From: Tubiluchus corallicola
Taxonomy: Eukaryota > Animalia > Priapulida
Assembly: GCA_030141605.1 (NCBI GenBank)
Contig: JAQGDQ010000012.1
Span: forward strand, 1-64,000
Direction of reading: 5' to 3'
DNA length: 64,000 nucleotides
The notes beneath the pieces are model-generated. The model had not been told where the DNA came from and made no database searches. It saw only the letters and a list, made by a program, of their open reading frames with translations. Each line of letters opens with the position of its first letter. The first letter of the stretch is position 1. The position numbers were made by a program, and so were the translations under genes. This document shows positions 24,976-39,419 of the stretch, piece by piece.

Positions 24976-27900
24976 ATTCATGTTACATAAGTGGCTGGCC
25001 CTCATTTTAACTGTTCTTGTCATTAATGGTTATTTTCACAAGAGCTATCTTGACAGGTGTTTCATCAGGGTCTGATCTGTCACGATAAATGTGGAAGTTA
25101 AATCCCTGTAGCTTCTATTATTGATATTGTTTGATATTATTATTACATGTAATAGATTTAACCTGTTAACCTAAACTAATAAGACATTCCATGTATAAAT
25201 GTCAAATAAAAAAACAATGTATTGCAGTGTGCAATATTATGAAGTGTGCATAGTCCTGGGCTTTTGCATTCTACTTGGAAAAAAAGATGTTTTCTAAGCG
25301 CTTAATTTTGTTTATTTATTTCAGGTTCAGCATTCATTTGTTATGAATTTTCTTTATTTAGAAATATAACCCACCATCTTTATTTAGGGCTGTGCACTTA
25401 ACCACGACATGCAGGTTAAAATCTCAAAAATTCTGTAGGAAAAAATAATTGCGTACTACAGTATCATTGTGTGTGATGTTCCTTTTTGCTATGCGAATGA
25501 ATATCTTGATCAGTTATTTCCAAGGAGCCAAAGTAAGACAGATTGGCTATAATTTATTTTGTTGTTGTCATAAGATCTATTTTGTGGCTTATTTTCAAGA
25601 TAATACAACAGAATTACAGTTGGTTGCATAATTTTATTTATTTTAATTGTTGTTGCATAATTTCATTTTTGTTGAATCTCATCTTTGTCATAATATTTCT
25701 GTTAATGTAAAGGGGGTGGTATTTGTAATTGACCGAGATTATTCAAGGTCATTCAGTTGATGATATTATCACACTAGTGACTTTAGCCACAGTAGGTTTC
25801 TACCAAAAATTATTTAGTTATTTCCATCTTTTTGGTGTGCTTGTTATAATTAGTTTTATTATTTATGTGTGGTGATATTGATATGTAATATTCTAATCAG
25901 ATTTTTTTGGTTTACTGACCTGCATGTACACATATGCATTCCCAGCAGATTACGTTTATTATTTAATTTAGATTTTAATTTAGAGTTTGTAGCTTTGCTT
26001 TGCCACATGCTTTACACCTGTTAAATTGCAGTTAACCAATTTTTCTACTTATCAGTTAGAAATTGACTATGCACAAAGTTATAATTCCAGTAGCAATAAA
26101 ACAATTGTCAATTATGAAATGTAGAATACAGAAATTGCTGTAGTTATAATTAGCAGCCCTTCTGGTATTTTGCACAAATACGTGCATCTTCTTCTTTTTT
26201 GCATATGTGAATTTGTACTCGCAGTACGTTTAGGAATTTTTTCAGTACTAAATCATTGAAGGAAACAGAACTGACTGTGCCTTTTTTGTCTTTTTAGACT
26301 TTCAGTTCTTACAGGTGTTGTGCAGGTAATTTTGCTGATGTACATCATTATCGTTATTAAAGGAAATGATCTGTTGTTGCTCTTCAAAAGTTGGTTGTGG
26401 TTCTTACACGTGAACCAGAGCCAAGTACTTAAAATGCTCTCATATACACATATAATTTCGATACTGAACTTTCTCATTAAGCAAATTTATATGAAAGCAC
26501 AAAATAATGTAATATTATACTGTAAGTTTTTAGTATGCACGGTCATTTATTGTTATTAGGCTCTGATTCTTGTTTACTGCAGCTGTAATTTACTTATGCA
26601 TGTCTTCTGCTGAATGTTTGAACAGCCATACTAATTAGTAATATTCAGATTAAATAATTGCACTAATGTTTGCCATTATGGAAAGTGAAAATGTTTATAA
26701 TTTAATGCAGCTATTCGTTTCCACAATTTGCCCACGTGTGGCCAGATTAGATTAGGAGTTTAGGTACTAGTGCCACAGCACTACTGGTCATAGCTCTTTT
26801 TGTCATGGAATTTTTATTCTAAATTGTCAGGTTTAGGTATTAGGAAATTTTAGAATGTTGCTGGTGTATTGTAGATAATATGCATTACCAAAGATTTCTC
26901 TGTTGTATGTAGCGCATTACTGTACATAATGGTAAGATTGCATTGAATTATAGATTAGTTTGTATAATACTGGTGCATTTAGATGCTAAATAGTATAATT
27001 TGGTGATAGTATGTGATACAAGCAATGACAATAAATTATAGTCAGTAATTATTGCTGTATTAGAGTAGATTTGTCTAGTTAGTAAATATGTAGTCATTTA
27101 TTAATTGCATCAATCTCCCTGAATCTCACTCCATATAGGGGGCTTACACTTCAATGTGTCAATGTTTAAAGAACTATTGTAGAATCAAGATAAACAGTGT
27201 TATATGTGTTTGGTATGTAATAAATGTTACAGTTAGCCAAATAATTCTCATGCTTCCAAGTTTGTAGTTGTTGCTGATAGTGTGCATATCAAATTCATGC
27301 AGTTTTAGTACCAGGCAATCAGTCGCGGATGTTGGTCAACAAAGATTTTGGTGTTGGTTATAACATGTTCTAACACTTGGTTGCACACAAACTGCAGAAA
27401 GATTTAATATGCCTTAGAAGTGATGTTTACTACAAAAAAGCATCTGTGATATAAATCAAAATGTATGTTTTCCATTTCCAGCCAAAGGACATAACCGAGA
27501 AATCAAGGTTTACTGTAAAAAGTCGAACTCTGGTGCAGCTAATTATTAATGTTACAGCCGCAAAAACACATATAAACGAGATAAACATACCCTAATATTT
27601 ACTCCAGAAAACTGATGGTGATTAGTGTCCATTGTATGCATCAAAACTATTACTGTACTATTAAAAGTGAAAACACCTCATTCTGTAATAAATATAAAAT
27701 CGTGCTTTTTTAGCTTTGAAATTTCATCTATAAGGTTACCTATACTTTTATAGACACTTCACTTACTCATTCATGGTGCACACTCTTTAAAAATTTTACA
27801 CTTGCCCATGAGATAAATTACTGAGATTTTTATTTTAGTTTGTGCAACAAACATCAAGCGGTTGCTGATTCGAACCCAGTCACTTTGGTCTATAATGCCA

Positions 27901-28753
27901 GTGATGCGTTCCTTTCTGTGAATGAATGAAAGGAACTCAGCCTGTGGTACCGCGCACCTGAAATACCACCATAGAGTGTATGCTTGAATTAGTACTTTTG
28001 TTAGGTCACTTCACTTTGTGCATATGCAAGAACAAGTAAATAAGTAATAGTTTACCAATCCATGGTATAACTTTATGCAATATTTGTTATTATCACAATT
28101 TTTTACAACTCTATGATATATACTATGTAAAGCAGCATACAAAAATAGGAAAAATATTAAATTGTATTCATCACATTCACAAATAATGGAATTTGTATAG
28201 GCTTATGTCCAAAATATCTTATTAATAAGTGCAATTACTTGGTTTTGTACAACTTTTGTGGAAAGCAAGACTGACTTTTACGTAAATTCAATCAAAATAA
28301 ATTGAGTATCATAGAGAACTTGCATTATAGACATTCATCTAGAACAACTCGTTGTACTAACAAAATAAGACTAGATCCTACAGGCATGAAAAGGAGATTT
28401 CAGAAATATACTTCAGAAATTTTGTTCTCAAACTAATGACAAAGACTAATAATAAAAAGACTACATCATAATTATTACGATTTGATCAGTAGCATTTACA
28501 TGTATAAAAAGTTATAATGACTATTCATCGACGATAGTAACATTAAATAGTCTAAAAGTAACAGTTCTGAATTGTGATTATGTTAATTACAAATAAACAT
28601 TATAAAAATATAACAATCACCAATGATTCAACATTTAACAAATTTTGATTCAATCTTTGCACAAAGGCACTAAATCTTCATGCTAAAAACTAATCTATGG
28701 ACTACTATACAAAAAAAGAGATTCTTTACAGGCACTTTGTGGCATTCAAGTCC

Positions 28754-31700
28754 CTACAGCAATGAAATTTTTTCCATGTTCTCTCGTATAATTGTTTCCA
28801 TGACTACCGTAAGTACAATCTGAATGTTTTTTGTATCTGTTGCCGTGGTGAAGTGTGAATAGACGATTTTAGATGGGTTATGATTAAGAAGCTGAAAGCG
28901 CTGGTTGACATATTGAGCTGCAGAATTCACATCTCGGTCTCCTCCTAGCAAAAGAGAAATACAGTAATCAAATGTCACAACAGATAATGCTGTCACAGCA
29001 TTAAAATATTGTCACTCAGTTAAAAATCGCTTTTGAGCCATAAGGTTAAGGTTTATGTAAGTGAATTGTAAAGTACTGAACTGCTTTTGGGCTTGTTGCA
29101 AAACAACACAGTAGAATAATTTAATTAAAACTGATTTTAAGAAATTATACATATTTTAAAAAATTAAAGGAAGACTGGACGATTGTTTAAACTCAATCTC
29201 ATCTTAATTTACTGTCCAAAATATACATTTTCTTGCCTATAAAAGTTAACAATTGTTCCTTTATATTTGAATAATTAGCTCAAAAAGTTAATTAACGGCA
29301 ACCGAACGCAGCTATTGCTTACGTCAGAAACTAACCACAGTTTGTGCAATGGCAGGCATCTTCCCTTGCGCGTCAAGCACATTTGCATAGGTGTTACAGT
29401 ACTGCTTAAGTGCATGATGTTATGAAAAATGGGCTTTACATCATATGACGTCATGAAACTAACATAGCAGTTCATGATCATGGTTATCACGGTACCGCCT
29501 TCCATTTGTCGGCCACGCGCACGTGACAAAAAGGCGCTACTGCCAATCTTAGTAGATTCACTAAGCTGCACGTAGCTTTGAAAGTTTAACGAAATTTGAG
29601 TATCCGAGGTAATTATTATTTAATCTACGCTTTGATTTAAAATAAGATACTGTAGTTTTCAATATTTTAGAGTATTCTTTATTCTGAACTCGTGTTTACA
29701 CAATCGTCCGGTTTTCCTTTAAGTAATGAAAACTACAGTTCCAGATAACAGCGTGGTTGCAGGTAAATTTATTTTTCCAAATCAGCAGTAGATAATAGCT
29801 CAACAGTTATTGCTGTTGTATTTTTGTTTTTTGTATTTCTGCACGTTTATGTATTTTTTAATATAGCTGTGTCTACTGTCCTTAGCGTCCTTTTGTTTAC
29901 TGTCCTTTGAGAAGGGTGGTTGACTCGATAACCTTTGGTTTTTCGCCACCCTTTCTCCTATGTTTGTTTGTATTTTTGTGTATTTTATTGTCAAATTATT
30001 GTATATGGAGGAAAATAAATTACTATTACTATTATTACTATTAGTTAACACAGTTGAGCCCAGACACCAGCATGCATGTGCGTAAATTTATTAGTCCAGC
30101 TCAACAATTAACATACACAGTGATACAGTTACTGCTACATTGTATTTTTTATCTATTTCTATATGTGGACTACTGTGATGAGGCATGGAAGCAATATATG
30201 TCAATGTCAAATATTCGCTTATTCAAATAATTATTTTGGTAATATTCCAATAATAAATTCGAAGTTCTCATCCCTAACTTGTACTCCCTTATGGCATGCA
30301 GATGATTCACATCCCTACAGGCAACAGGTCGTAGAAAAGGTCCACACTCACAATGAAACGGTCCATACCCACAATACAACAGCATTTCTCAAAATGCTGC
30401 TTAGATGTTTGACAAATTAAAGACAAAAAAGCACATGTTTAAGAGAGAAAGTTTTGTGCACTATGAAAATGACTACAACATTGAAATCACACTCCCCTTC
30501 CTACTCCTTTTCACATTCAGTGCACTTTAATTTGTCTACTGTTCTTAGCTGCTATTTTGTTGAGATTTTAAAATCACTGCAATTCTGTCAGATGCAAGTA
30601 TATTAAAATATCAAGCACACCTGAATAATCACAAAAGTAGTACCGCAAGTGCCTTCCAGAATAGAGAATCTTGTCTCGAAACAAATCCAACTTGTTCAAG
30701 AACAAAATCTGCAAATGCAGATACGGTACAAACATACGGTAAATACGGTACAAACATAAACTCAGCAAGAATGTAAACTAAAGCAACAAAGTGAGAGCCA
30801 ACAGGTATTAATTAAAGACAAAACAGTTAAAGCATGAGAGTTAACATTCATGGAACTGCAATATTGTACGGTGCCTAAACCACAATGCACATAAAATGGT
30901 ATCTACAAAACAGTTTGTTTTAGAATGAAGGGAATATCAGATTAAGTCAGGTCTGCATGTGCTTAGTGACCAAAGTTAAGCAACTCTGAGGTCGATCAGT
31001 AAATGGTTGGGTGGCTGTTACGTTAAATACTAGCTCAAGGTTTAATTCGCAATATGGTTCTAGTAATTCTAGCTATTTACTTTACTGAGAGAGGATGTAT
31101 TGAATCATAAACGTGGCTAATACATTTCTGCTGCTCAATGTCTCATCTTAAAGGATTATTTTTGATTAGGAGCCAGACTTCGGTCCAGCAACAACCATCC
31201 ACATTGAGTGCCTTTGCACGTGAGCTAAATGTCAGTTCTACATTTTCTAAAAAAATTGAAAAGCAGTCTTAAAAAAGAAACGAAAACTGTAAACGTTCAC
31301 AAGTAGAGTACAGACCACAGAGCAATAGAAGCAAATTGATGTTTTATTAGTTGACATGCCACAGCAATGGTTGCCATCATTGCTGATCTTTGTTGAGCAG
31401 CAGATAATATAATAGTTTTGATTAATATAGCTTACTAAAGTAAGTTTAGTCAAACGTAGTTCACATAACACTATGACTAAGTTATTTGCTGATTTTTGTC
31501 ATTGCTACATGTACAAAGAAACTTTAAGTAGACTCACAATATATCCATCAGAAAGTACCTGCATTGCAGCATGAGCTGCGAAGGAATAACGGTATACTGT
31601 GATATGCGATATATCATGCAGCTTTAACATATATGTACATGTATTACGTAAGGTATGCGATGCTAACAGCAGATGGTACACGGTCTCGCACACATTAGCC

Positions 31701-34700
31701 TACATATAATATCACTTATAATAATATTCAGACGTTTGGCGAACTTACCAAAGATGTTTGAACAAAAAACCGGTTATTGCAGATCTGTGAGAAAAGTGTC
31801 AAACTTTCTTCTAAGCGATTCTGAAAAAATTATTAAAACAAAATTAATAACGTTATATTTCGTATTTTAACTTCAAATTAAAATAAACTAACCTGAAATA
31901 AAGCATGTGTAAACTTTATCTCCAGAATTAAGAGCCAAAACAAGCATGTATTCTTGAAAACAAATTCATTATCTTGATTACACAAGGTTTTTTTACAATT
32001 TCATCAGTTTAATACAGATTACAGCCGCACTGCAAACCTACAGCACGATTACCTAACATAGCCAACAACAGTGAAACTATTGGTTACTGCCCTAGTTTAT
32101 AGCCTGTAGACAAACATGTCCTACATTATTGAACTGAAAAAAGCAAACTAGAATTGAAAGTGAGTTACAGCATCACTAATAATATGCTAGCAATTCAGTT
32201 TTTGCAAACTTGTAATAAAAAAGTTGCCACTTAATATAAAACTCCGGATACTAAAATCAACCACATTTTAGGACCATTTAGGCACAGACCAGAATTATCC
32301 AGATAGAAACCATTGTTAAGAACATTTGGTAAAAACTAGTTTGTTGTTTAATAACACTATATTTTCCAGTAATAGACGACAAAAGTAATAGCAAAATGAA
32401 AAAATGAAACGTATTTTTAGTAGTCTACACTGAAAGTTGAACTGTTAAAAGTTGAGTGTTTTGTCATAACTGCTTTGCATGTGCAGCTGCATTAGCTGCA
32501 GTTGAGTGATTTTGAATTGCTATTGTACGCTTGAGCATTTCCGTAGGCTACTATAGGTACGCATGTGAGGTGACTGCCCCATGTTTAATAATCTGTGTGA
32601 GCCTCGTAAGCAAAGCTTTCGTATGTAACATGTTAAATACATCAGACAAACGAACTCAAGAAAATTACAATAGTGCAAACTGATATACAGAGCTCTTCTA
32701 AATGTGAAAACAAATTTAAAAATTTTGATTAAATAAAATAAATCAAAATAAGTTCGACTAAATGAATGCCTGTAACAAAAGCTAGTATGTATACCTTGGT
32801 AGCAAACATGAATGACAAAACTAACTACGTGTAGTTATAAATGACAGCTAATACATGTTTTTGCAGAACACACCTTAAAAATAAAGGTGGTGCATATAGT
32901 TAACACCAGTGAATAGCTTGCGCATATGTGCGTGACATATGTTGATTAGGGTAAAATATTTACGTAGTGCCCTTTGCCAAATACACACATTTGCAACAGG
33001 CCACAGCATAATAAAGCAACCATTTATTAAGAACATTTTATTTCTGTCCCATGGCGTTTTATTAAGCGGTGACTAATCTATTACTGACTCATGACATAAA
33101 AAACTTACGACATTTGGATCTTCAAATAAAGTCATGTCATAACCACTAAGAGCAGCGACAAACATTATCGCTCGCATATCGTCAAAGCACTGTATCCACT
33201 TCCGCCTTTCTGACCGCTGTCCGCCAACATCAAATATTCTGAAGTAAAAACTCATTTTGAACTACTCTATTTAAATAAAAAATATAGAGATGAATTATTT
33301 TAAACTTGGTTTCATTACAGCACATAAAGTTGTTAACTACTACATACCTGAATTGTACATCGTTTATATGGAAGCGTGTCTCTATGACGCCATTGGTTCG
33401 TACTCTGGCACGTAGAACATCTGTAGGAGTTGGATGATAGTCAGCCCCAAACAGTCTGCCCATATTTTCGAAATAACTGGCAAAAAATCCACAAAAGTGG
33501 TGTATTAGAAAAGTTCCATCTAAGCAGTTTTCTCACTATTGCCAAACAAGCAAGTAACTATCAACAGCTATTTTTATGTTTGACGAGACAGGATGAGTTT
33601 GTGAATTCCAGAGTAAGATAGAAATGCTCCTGAAGGAAAAAAGCAAACTAGCAAATCCACTAAATCAGCGACAAGCAGAACATTATGCTCTTGATGTACA
33701 ATGATTTTTAGGATTATCTAAATAACTGGGCTATACGGTTGATATGACAAACAGCAGCAGCACACTGCTTACTTTGAAAACAAACTTGCATGTCCAAAGG
33801 CATTTACTTAACTGGCCTACATTCGTGTACATGTAAAATGACATCCTAAATACCACCTACTTAACACTAATTGTAAATCAGTTCTCTGCAAAGAAATCTA
33901 GTAAACCTTTGTGTGACTATTCATGATTATAAAGTGCAGTAGTCAATTAACAATCATTTGTATGTTGTTCAAAAAAGCTTGTGTTATTAATCCTAGTTTT
34001 ATAAAAAAATTTAATGTTTAAATACTGATTCTGATGAAAGCATTCCCATGAGTGAGGGCTGGGAAAGTAGGAGTTCCAGTGCATTGCTTCAACCAGGGCC
34101 TACAATGCTGTTAAGATGGCCCTGCTGTAATAGCAGTAATGCAGTGTACATAATACACTGCTGCTGCTGATTTTTATGACAGTAGACTGAACTATGGCAC
34201 TTATGGTTTTCCGTGCAAATAAGTCTTCAAAAATCTGTACATTCAGTTAAAACATATACTTCGATCAACAGAATAGTGTTAAAACATTTAAACAAAAAAG
34301 CAAGTCTGCCCACGATGATAAATTATTTAACATGAACTCTCCATAAAAATCCAAAGAAATGAGAAATGCTGCTAATGAAAACCTGTACTCACTAGATGGC
34401 ACTATCATTGAGTTCATACTCATAACCATGAGCAACAGCCATGCGTACTCCTGCATCTTGCCATAGGCTGCGTAATGCATGCTCCATAAATGGCAGTACG
34501 ACTATGTTGTCGTCAAAGCAACACTGACATGACAGTACAGCCTGAGCAAAAATCTGAAATAAACAAAAAGCAAAATAATATTTCTACTAACACAGATGTA
34601 GAAAATAGGAATTCTAGTTTTTAAGCAAGTGAGAAAGCATATTCCAGTAAATTAAAATTCTGCATACAAGTTTAAGAAAAGAACAATACAAAACGAATAC

Positions 34701-36706
34701 AAAAATACACTACTACAACATACATCAATTTTGATATTGCACATTTACCTTGGGATGATCTTAGTGACAAGAATTACAACAATAAATTTAAATCCCACAT
34801 TAAAAAGAAAAAAATGAGATGTTACACTTCACCATAAACTCTTAGTCTAAATTTGTTGACAGGGCATGCTGTTAGTAAAAGAGTATTTTTTGCTAGTACT
34901 ATTGCTTTTAGTGATATTTTATGCTTCTGGCAATTTATTTTTGCTGTGTATTCTTAGTTTTATTAACGATTCTGAATTCTGTCTTTTTGGTGTTCTTTTA
35001 TGATTTCTTAATTCTCTTTTTTATTTTTTCAAAATAATCCACAATGTGGACTAAAACAATGAATTTTTCACTGTGGGACTTTTTATTCATTTTGAATTTT
35101 GATATACTGTAATAATAAGCATTCCATTTTGCAAAATGTAACAACTCACAGGAAACCTTTCACATTTATAATATTGCCAAATGTCGTTGTATGTGTACAG
35201 TATTTTATGTTACATGACTTGCAAATAGATCTTATTGATTTTAATATTATGTCTGTGAAAATGTTTCATTTTGTGAAAAGGGAAGATAAATAAAGGTACT
35301 GTATTGTATTGTAGCTAATTACAAATACCACTGTTCAAGCGAGTAGGGCAGTAGGCTCATTCGGTACAATGTGATAAAATGCTATTCGTACTATTTCGTT
35401 ATTTTCCACACATCTTTGCACCTTCAAACTTGCTCAGATTACCTTGTTTTTAGGATTGTCCAAATTGATTCTCAGTAGTCCCATTCCTGTCAGTACATAT
35501 TTCATTGATGATAAGAGATTGTCCAAAACCGTTGGCTAAAAATTACAGACACAAACTTAGAACCTTTTTTTGGAAAATGTCAATAATTTAGGAAAGTTAC
35601 TGAATCACTAGTGAGCATGACTAAAACAGTAACTTTCACAGCATTTGCAAATATACTTAAACTGGGGCAATCTAAATTATACGTTGGCATTGAATAACAT
35701 TAGAATAATATAAATATAATACTGTGCAACACAAATATACATATAGACACATAACAAACAAAACAAAATAAATGACAAGGAGGGAAATGCCGTATGGTAC
35801 GTGGGAGAACAGCTCTACCTGATGCCTGCAGTTAAGTTAATACATTTATTAAAAATGAAATGTGCTTAAAAAATTAACTTCAGCAAACCCGCAAACTCAA
35901 CGAATTTCAAAGATTCAAAATAACTTTTTCACCTTAATAATTATTAATTATACTACAAAATAAATAAATTATTCAAAATGGAAATCTTGTCAATCCATAG
36001 CCTATAACCTTTTTTAAATATCTTCCATTTCCATACCTTATCTTTACTGCCACTATTTTGATTTTTATAACATTCTGTCTGGTATTGTAATCAATGGTAA
36101 ATTTCACACATTGTCTATTCATGTTGTCCCACATGATAGACATCCCAATTTTTTTTTGCCATCTTGGACTTTAAGAATCTAAACAAATTAATATTCGTCA
36201 ATATTTGGTGTGAAGAAATAACGGTAATAAGATGAAGCACTATGTTTCTGTAAACCTATGCAGCAATTGTTACAGAGATGCACTAAATCAATGCATACCT
36301 TAAAGCTGAGAAGCTCATTGTAGGTGAATCCATCATTATGAATGATTTTCATTTGTTTGACTAGTGTGCTCTTTCCACTTTCGCCAGCTCCTGCCATGAC
36401 AAGAATATTATCATTTTTAATAACAATTAATCAAAATGACAGCAAATATTTCAATTTCAACAATATAACCTATGACAACTACTTGTATCGATATTAATTT
36501 TCAAGGAACAATGACACAATGAGTCTAGAACAGATAGCTGGATGACAGGAATTGGAAATAACAATGTTCTCTATGGACTTACCTAACAAAAGTATTTTCA
36601 CAATATTTTGGTTGTGTTCAGCCCATGACATAAGGCTGGAATCAATACGGGCACTTTTTTCTCTTGCCTTTTTCTCTTCATCATCCAGTGAGAAGCATAA
36701 CCCCAT
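28754..36706 (-). CDS. GNAV: Heterotrimeric G protein alpha subunit, Gv class, 9 exons, 359 aa
   Basis: Exons (-): 36706-36583, 36390-36299, 35535-35443, 34553-34393, 33476-33348, 33238-33109, 31820-31749, 30708-30621, 28944-28754 (1080 nt, all GT-AG). G boxes [31 protein letters not shown]. Gv-typical MGLC start, [46 protein letters not shown] and C-terminus [14 protein letters not shown]. Confidence 0.93.
29168..29718. mobile_element. Kolobok-type MITE in the last GNAV intron
   Basis: TTAA on both sides (29164-67, 29719-22). TIRs AGGAAGACTGGACGATTGT / ACAATCGTCCGGTTTTCCT. Confidence 0.75.
30955..31130 (+). mobile_element. Degenerate 5S rRNA-derived SINE (SINE3-like) fragment
   Basis: ACCAAAGTTAAGCAACTCTGAGGTCGATCAGTAAATGGTTGGGTGGC resembles the 5S internal control region (AAGCTAAGCA...GTTAGTACTTGGATGGG). 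Too diverged to be a 5S gene. Confidence 0.35.
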
Positions 36707-37100
36707 TGTTCCTCATAGTACATGGTACATAATCAAAACTGGACAACCTATTCCATAAACAAATTATCACGAATAAGTACAGCTCAGTCAGAAAAAAGTT
36801 TATCTCAATGGTGCATGAAAATTGTATGTAAATCAATCATATTTTATGTTCTAATAATCCCACATCTTTAAGATCACTTACAAGTCACTGTGGCAACATT
36901 ATCTAATGACAGCACATAGTAATGGCAGCAAAATTACCAAAAATAAAAATCTCATTTATGTCAATAAGAAAAGCTTTGCTAACAAATGAAATTTAGAAAC
37001 TTGTGTAGTGCAGCACAATAGAAAGTGTATGAAAGGAGCAGTAAACTGATAACTGCTTTGGCAGATTTTATACTGACAATAGTACAAGCATACACTCATA

Positions 37101-37146
37101 CCACACACGCACGCTCGCACGCACGCGCACACACACACACACACAC
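37101..37146. repeat. (CA)n/(CGCA)n microsatellite
   Basis: Directly visible. Confidence 0.85.
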
Positions 37147-38665
37147 CTCTGTTGTTAAATACACAACACTAAGATTCTATTGCAGTGTTTAATTTGCCTA
37201 TAGATTTAGATGTCACACATGCGAAGAGATTGTTAGCCAACATATCGAACAATACTTCAAGTGTCGCTCAATGGTTGTACATGCCACACAATCAAATGCA
37301 GGATTTGCATTGTACAATATGGCGCCTATTGTTTGTCATAGAGTAGACTAGGGAATTTATATTAGGACAGGGTGCACATTCTTTGCTTCATAATTTGATC
37401 GAGTCTAGTAATCTCTTTCTCTGCACATGTGTGACATTTTTCTATGAATTTGCCGGAAACAACTTCTAGAGTCTTTCCATTCTACCAGAATATGCTGTGA
37501 ACTTCATTTATTTTCAGAAGAGAATTTAATACGGCAGTGGTGGCAGACGTGCAATTCCAACTTGGAACTTGTTTTGTTAAATGAATGAATAAATATCTCT
37601 AGTGTTAAAAAAATGCATATAGGTAGCATGTTTTCATAAGAAAACACTTTTGCAATAATATATAAGTGAAGTAAATTACTTTTCCAGATCAATAATATGT
37701 AATTGTAACTAGTTATGTTAACCAAGGAACAACAGATTTATTGATTTATCCTCACAATTCTTTAAAAAAATCACCCAGTCAAAGAAACTGCAAATTTAAG
37801 CTGTAACTGGCAAAGTAAATGCTGCTTTAGCTGCTTTATGTTTGAAACTGGCAAATTTGTTAAGAAGTACTTTAGCCAATATCAAGCTCTTTCACACACA
37901 AAGCCACAAATCTTATTGAAATGCAACACATTTTTAGTTTTCTTGTACTTATATTGGCTAACAAAGGGGTTTAAAACTCCCTCACTAGGGATAAAATATT
38001 CAACTATACTACAATTTAACAAAATTGAATTATCTTAAAATATACGTCAATATATAAAAGGTACCAGAAAACACAAACCGTAATTTTTTCTCACTGAGAT
38101 GAAGGCAGTGATGCCTGCACATTCAAGATGGATGGTACTAATAAGACACTTACTAGATAGTTTAAGTAACTGTGTCTACTAATTCCCACTTGAATACAGA
38201 TGTGATTATTTCATAACTGATGTTTCAACATTATACCAATAGGTCATAATCATGGATTTTATGAGAGGAGAATGGATTTTTCACCTAGAACAGTGAAAAT
38301 TCATTTACAACATGGAACAGAATATGAAAAACCAAAAATAGTTGAATTTTGTAAAAGTTATGAAATTGTGAATGAAATAAATATTATATAAATGCTCACC
38401 ATAGTAGTGCAAGTTACATGCCAAAGTATTGCATTGTCTGAAGTTGCCTACCTGTGGCCACAGTTCACCCCAAGTGTTCATGTTTGTGCACTTCCATGTG
38501 GCATGAGATTTTTTAATCTACTTCAGACCAACAGTCACATTGGATATTAACAATATACCATAGAGAAGTGCAAACCCGCTGGCAGCTGATCTCTCACTCT
38601 CATAATGCAACACTCTGCCATATGTCACGACTGTACAAAATTTTGTCACGGATTTCATCTTAGTA

Positions 38666-38815
38666 CAGTAGGCACCGTTTATTAAACTCACAATTAATAG
38701 AATCAGTCGCCTAATCAACTCAAAAGCACCAGGTACGGAGTGCTTCTATTCAAATGTATATAAAAACTGTAGATAATAGACTGAGATAACTCCACATAAT
38801 TGATTCAATATGTTT
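38666..38815 (+). mobile_element. Tigger/pogo-type MITE left-end fragment (same family as 48564-49532)
   Basis: TA+CAGTAGGCACCG start. Shares CTTCTATTCAAAT.TA.ATAAAAACT with 48640-48670. Confidence 0.6.
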
Positions 38816-38939
38816 GCTTGACGTGCTTCAATAAAACACTTTTGTTCGACCAATTAGCTTTTATGACTTTTATGTCATCTTAGTTCACTTTTGTGCTGTG
38901 ATCCCGAAGCACCCTAGCAACTTTGATGGTCTATTTATG

Positions 38940-39100
38940 CCCGAATTAGTAGAACTTGACTGAATGCTCAATACATCAATGCTTACGCAAGATATTGGCC
39001 CTTACATATGGAATTCAATTGCTCCAGGAATTAAAAATGCAAGCTCGTTGTCCATATTTAGAAAAAATTATAAATTAAACTTACTAGAAACATATAACTG
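38940..39100 (+). mobile_element. CR1/L2-like LINE ORF2 3' end fragment
   Basis: Translates to IGPYIWNSIAPGIKNASSLSIFRKNYKLNLL*, a typical CR1-group C-terminus. Confidence 0.55.
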
Positions 39101-39419
39101 ATCACTCAATCATGACCATCATTTTCAAACTTCTCCTCTAGTATAATATTTTTATTACTTCCCACCCGTATATATATCTGCAATGCGCACCTCCATATGG
39201 TCTAAACAAGTGTTGCCTCCTCCATAAATTCTTAGCGAATGTGTTAAAGCATTTATCATTTCTCTGTACCGACCATCAGTTTACATCGTAATTATGAAAA
39301 TTAATACTACAAATGCCCACTGTAACTCACACTAACCATTAGCAATATATTGTAATTTTTCTCGTAACTAATTCTAGTGGCCTAGCACAAGCTAGCTTCT
39401 TAGGTCTCTAGCGCAGAAT

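Noticed and set aside
24773-25075. 100-aa ORF with (YI)n
   Set aside because: (TA)n microsatellite in the probable 3' UTR.
27860-27915. GGTTCGAATC B-box on the minus strand (tRNA gene?)
   Set aside because: No cloverleaf could be built. At most a decayed tRNA-derived SINE head.
8304-36706. GPCR + ENaC + synaptogyrin + Gv as a neuronal signalling 'operon'
   Set aside because: Mixed strands, separate promoters and TE-filled spacers. Proximity alone in an animal genome is not evidence without conserved synteny.
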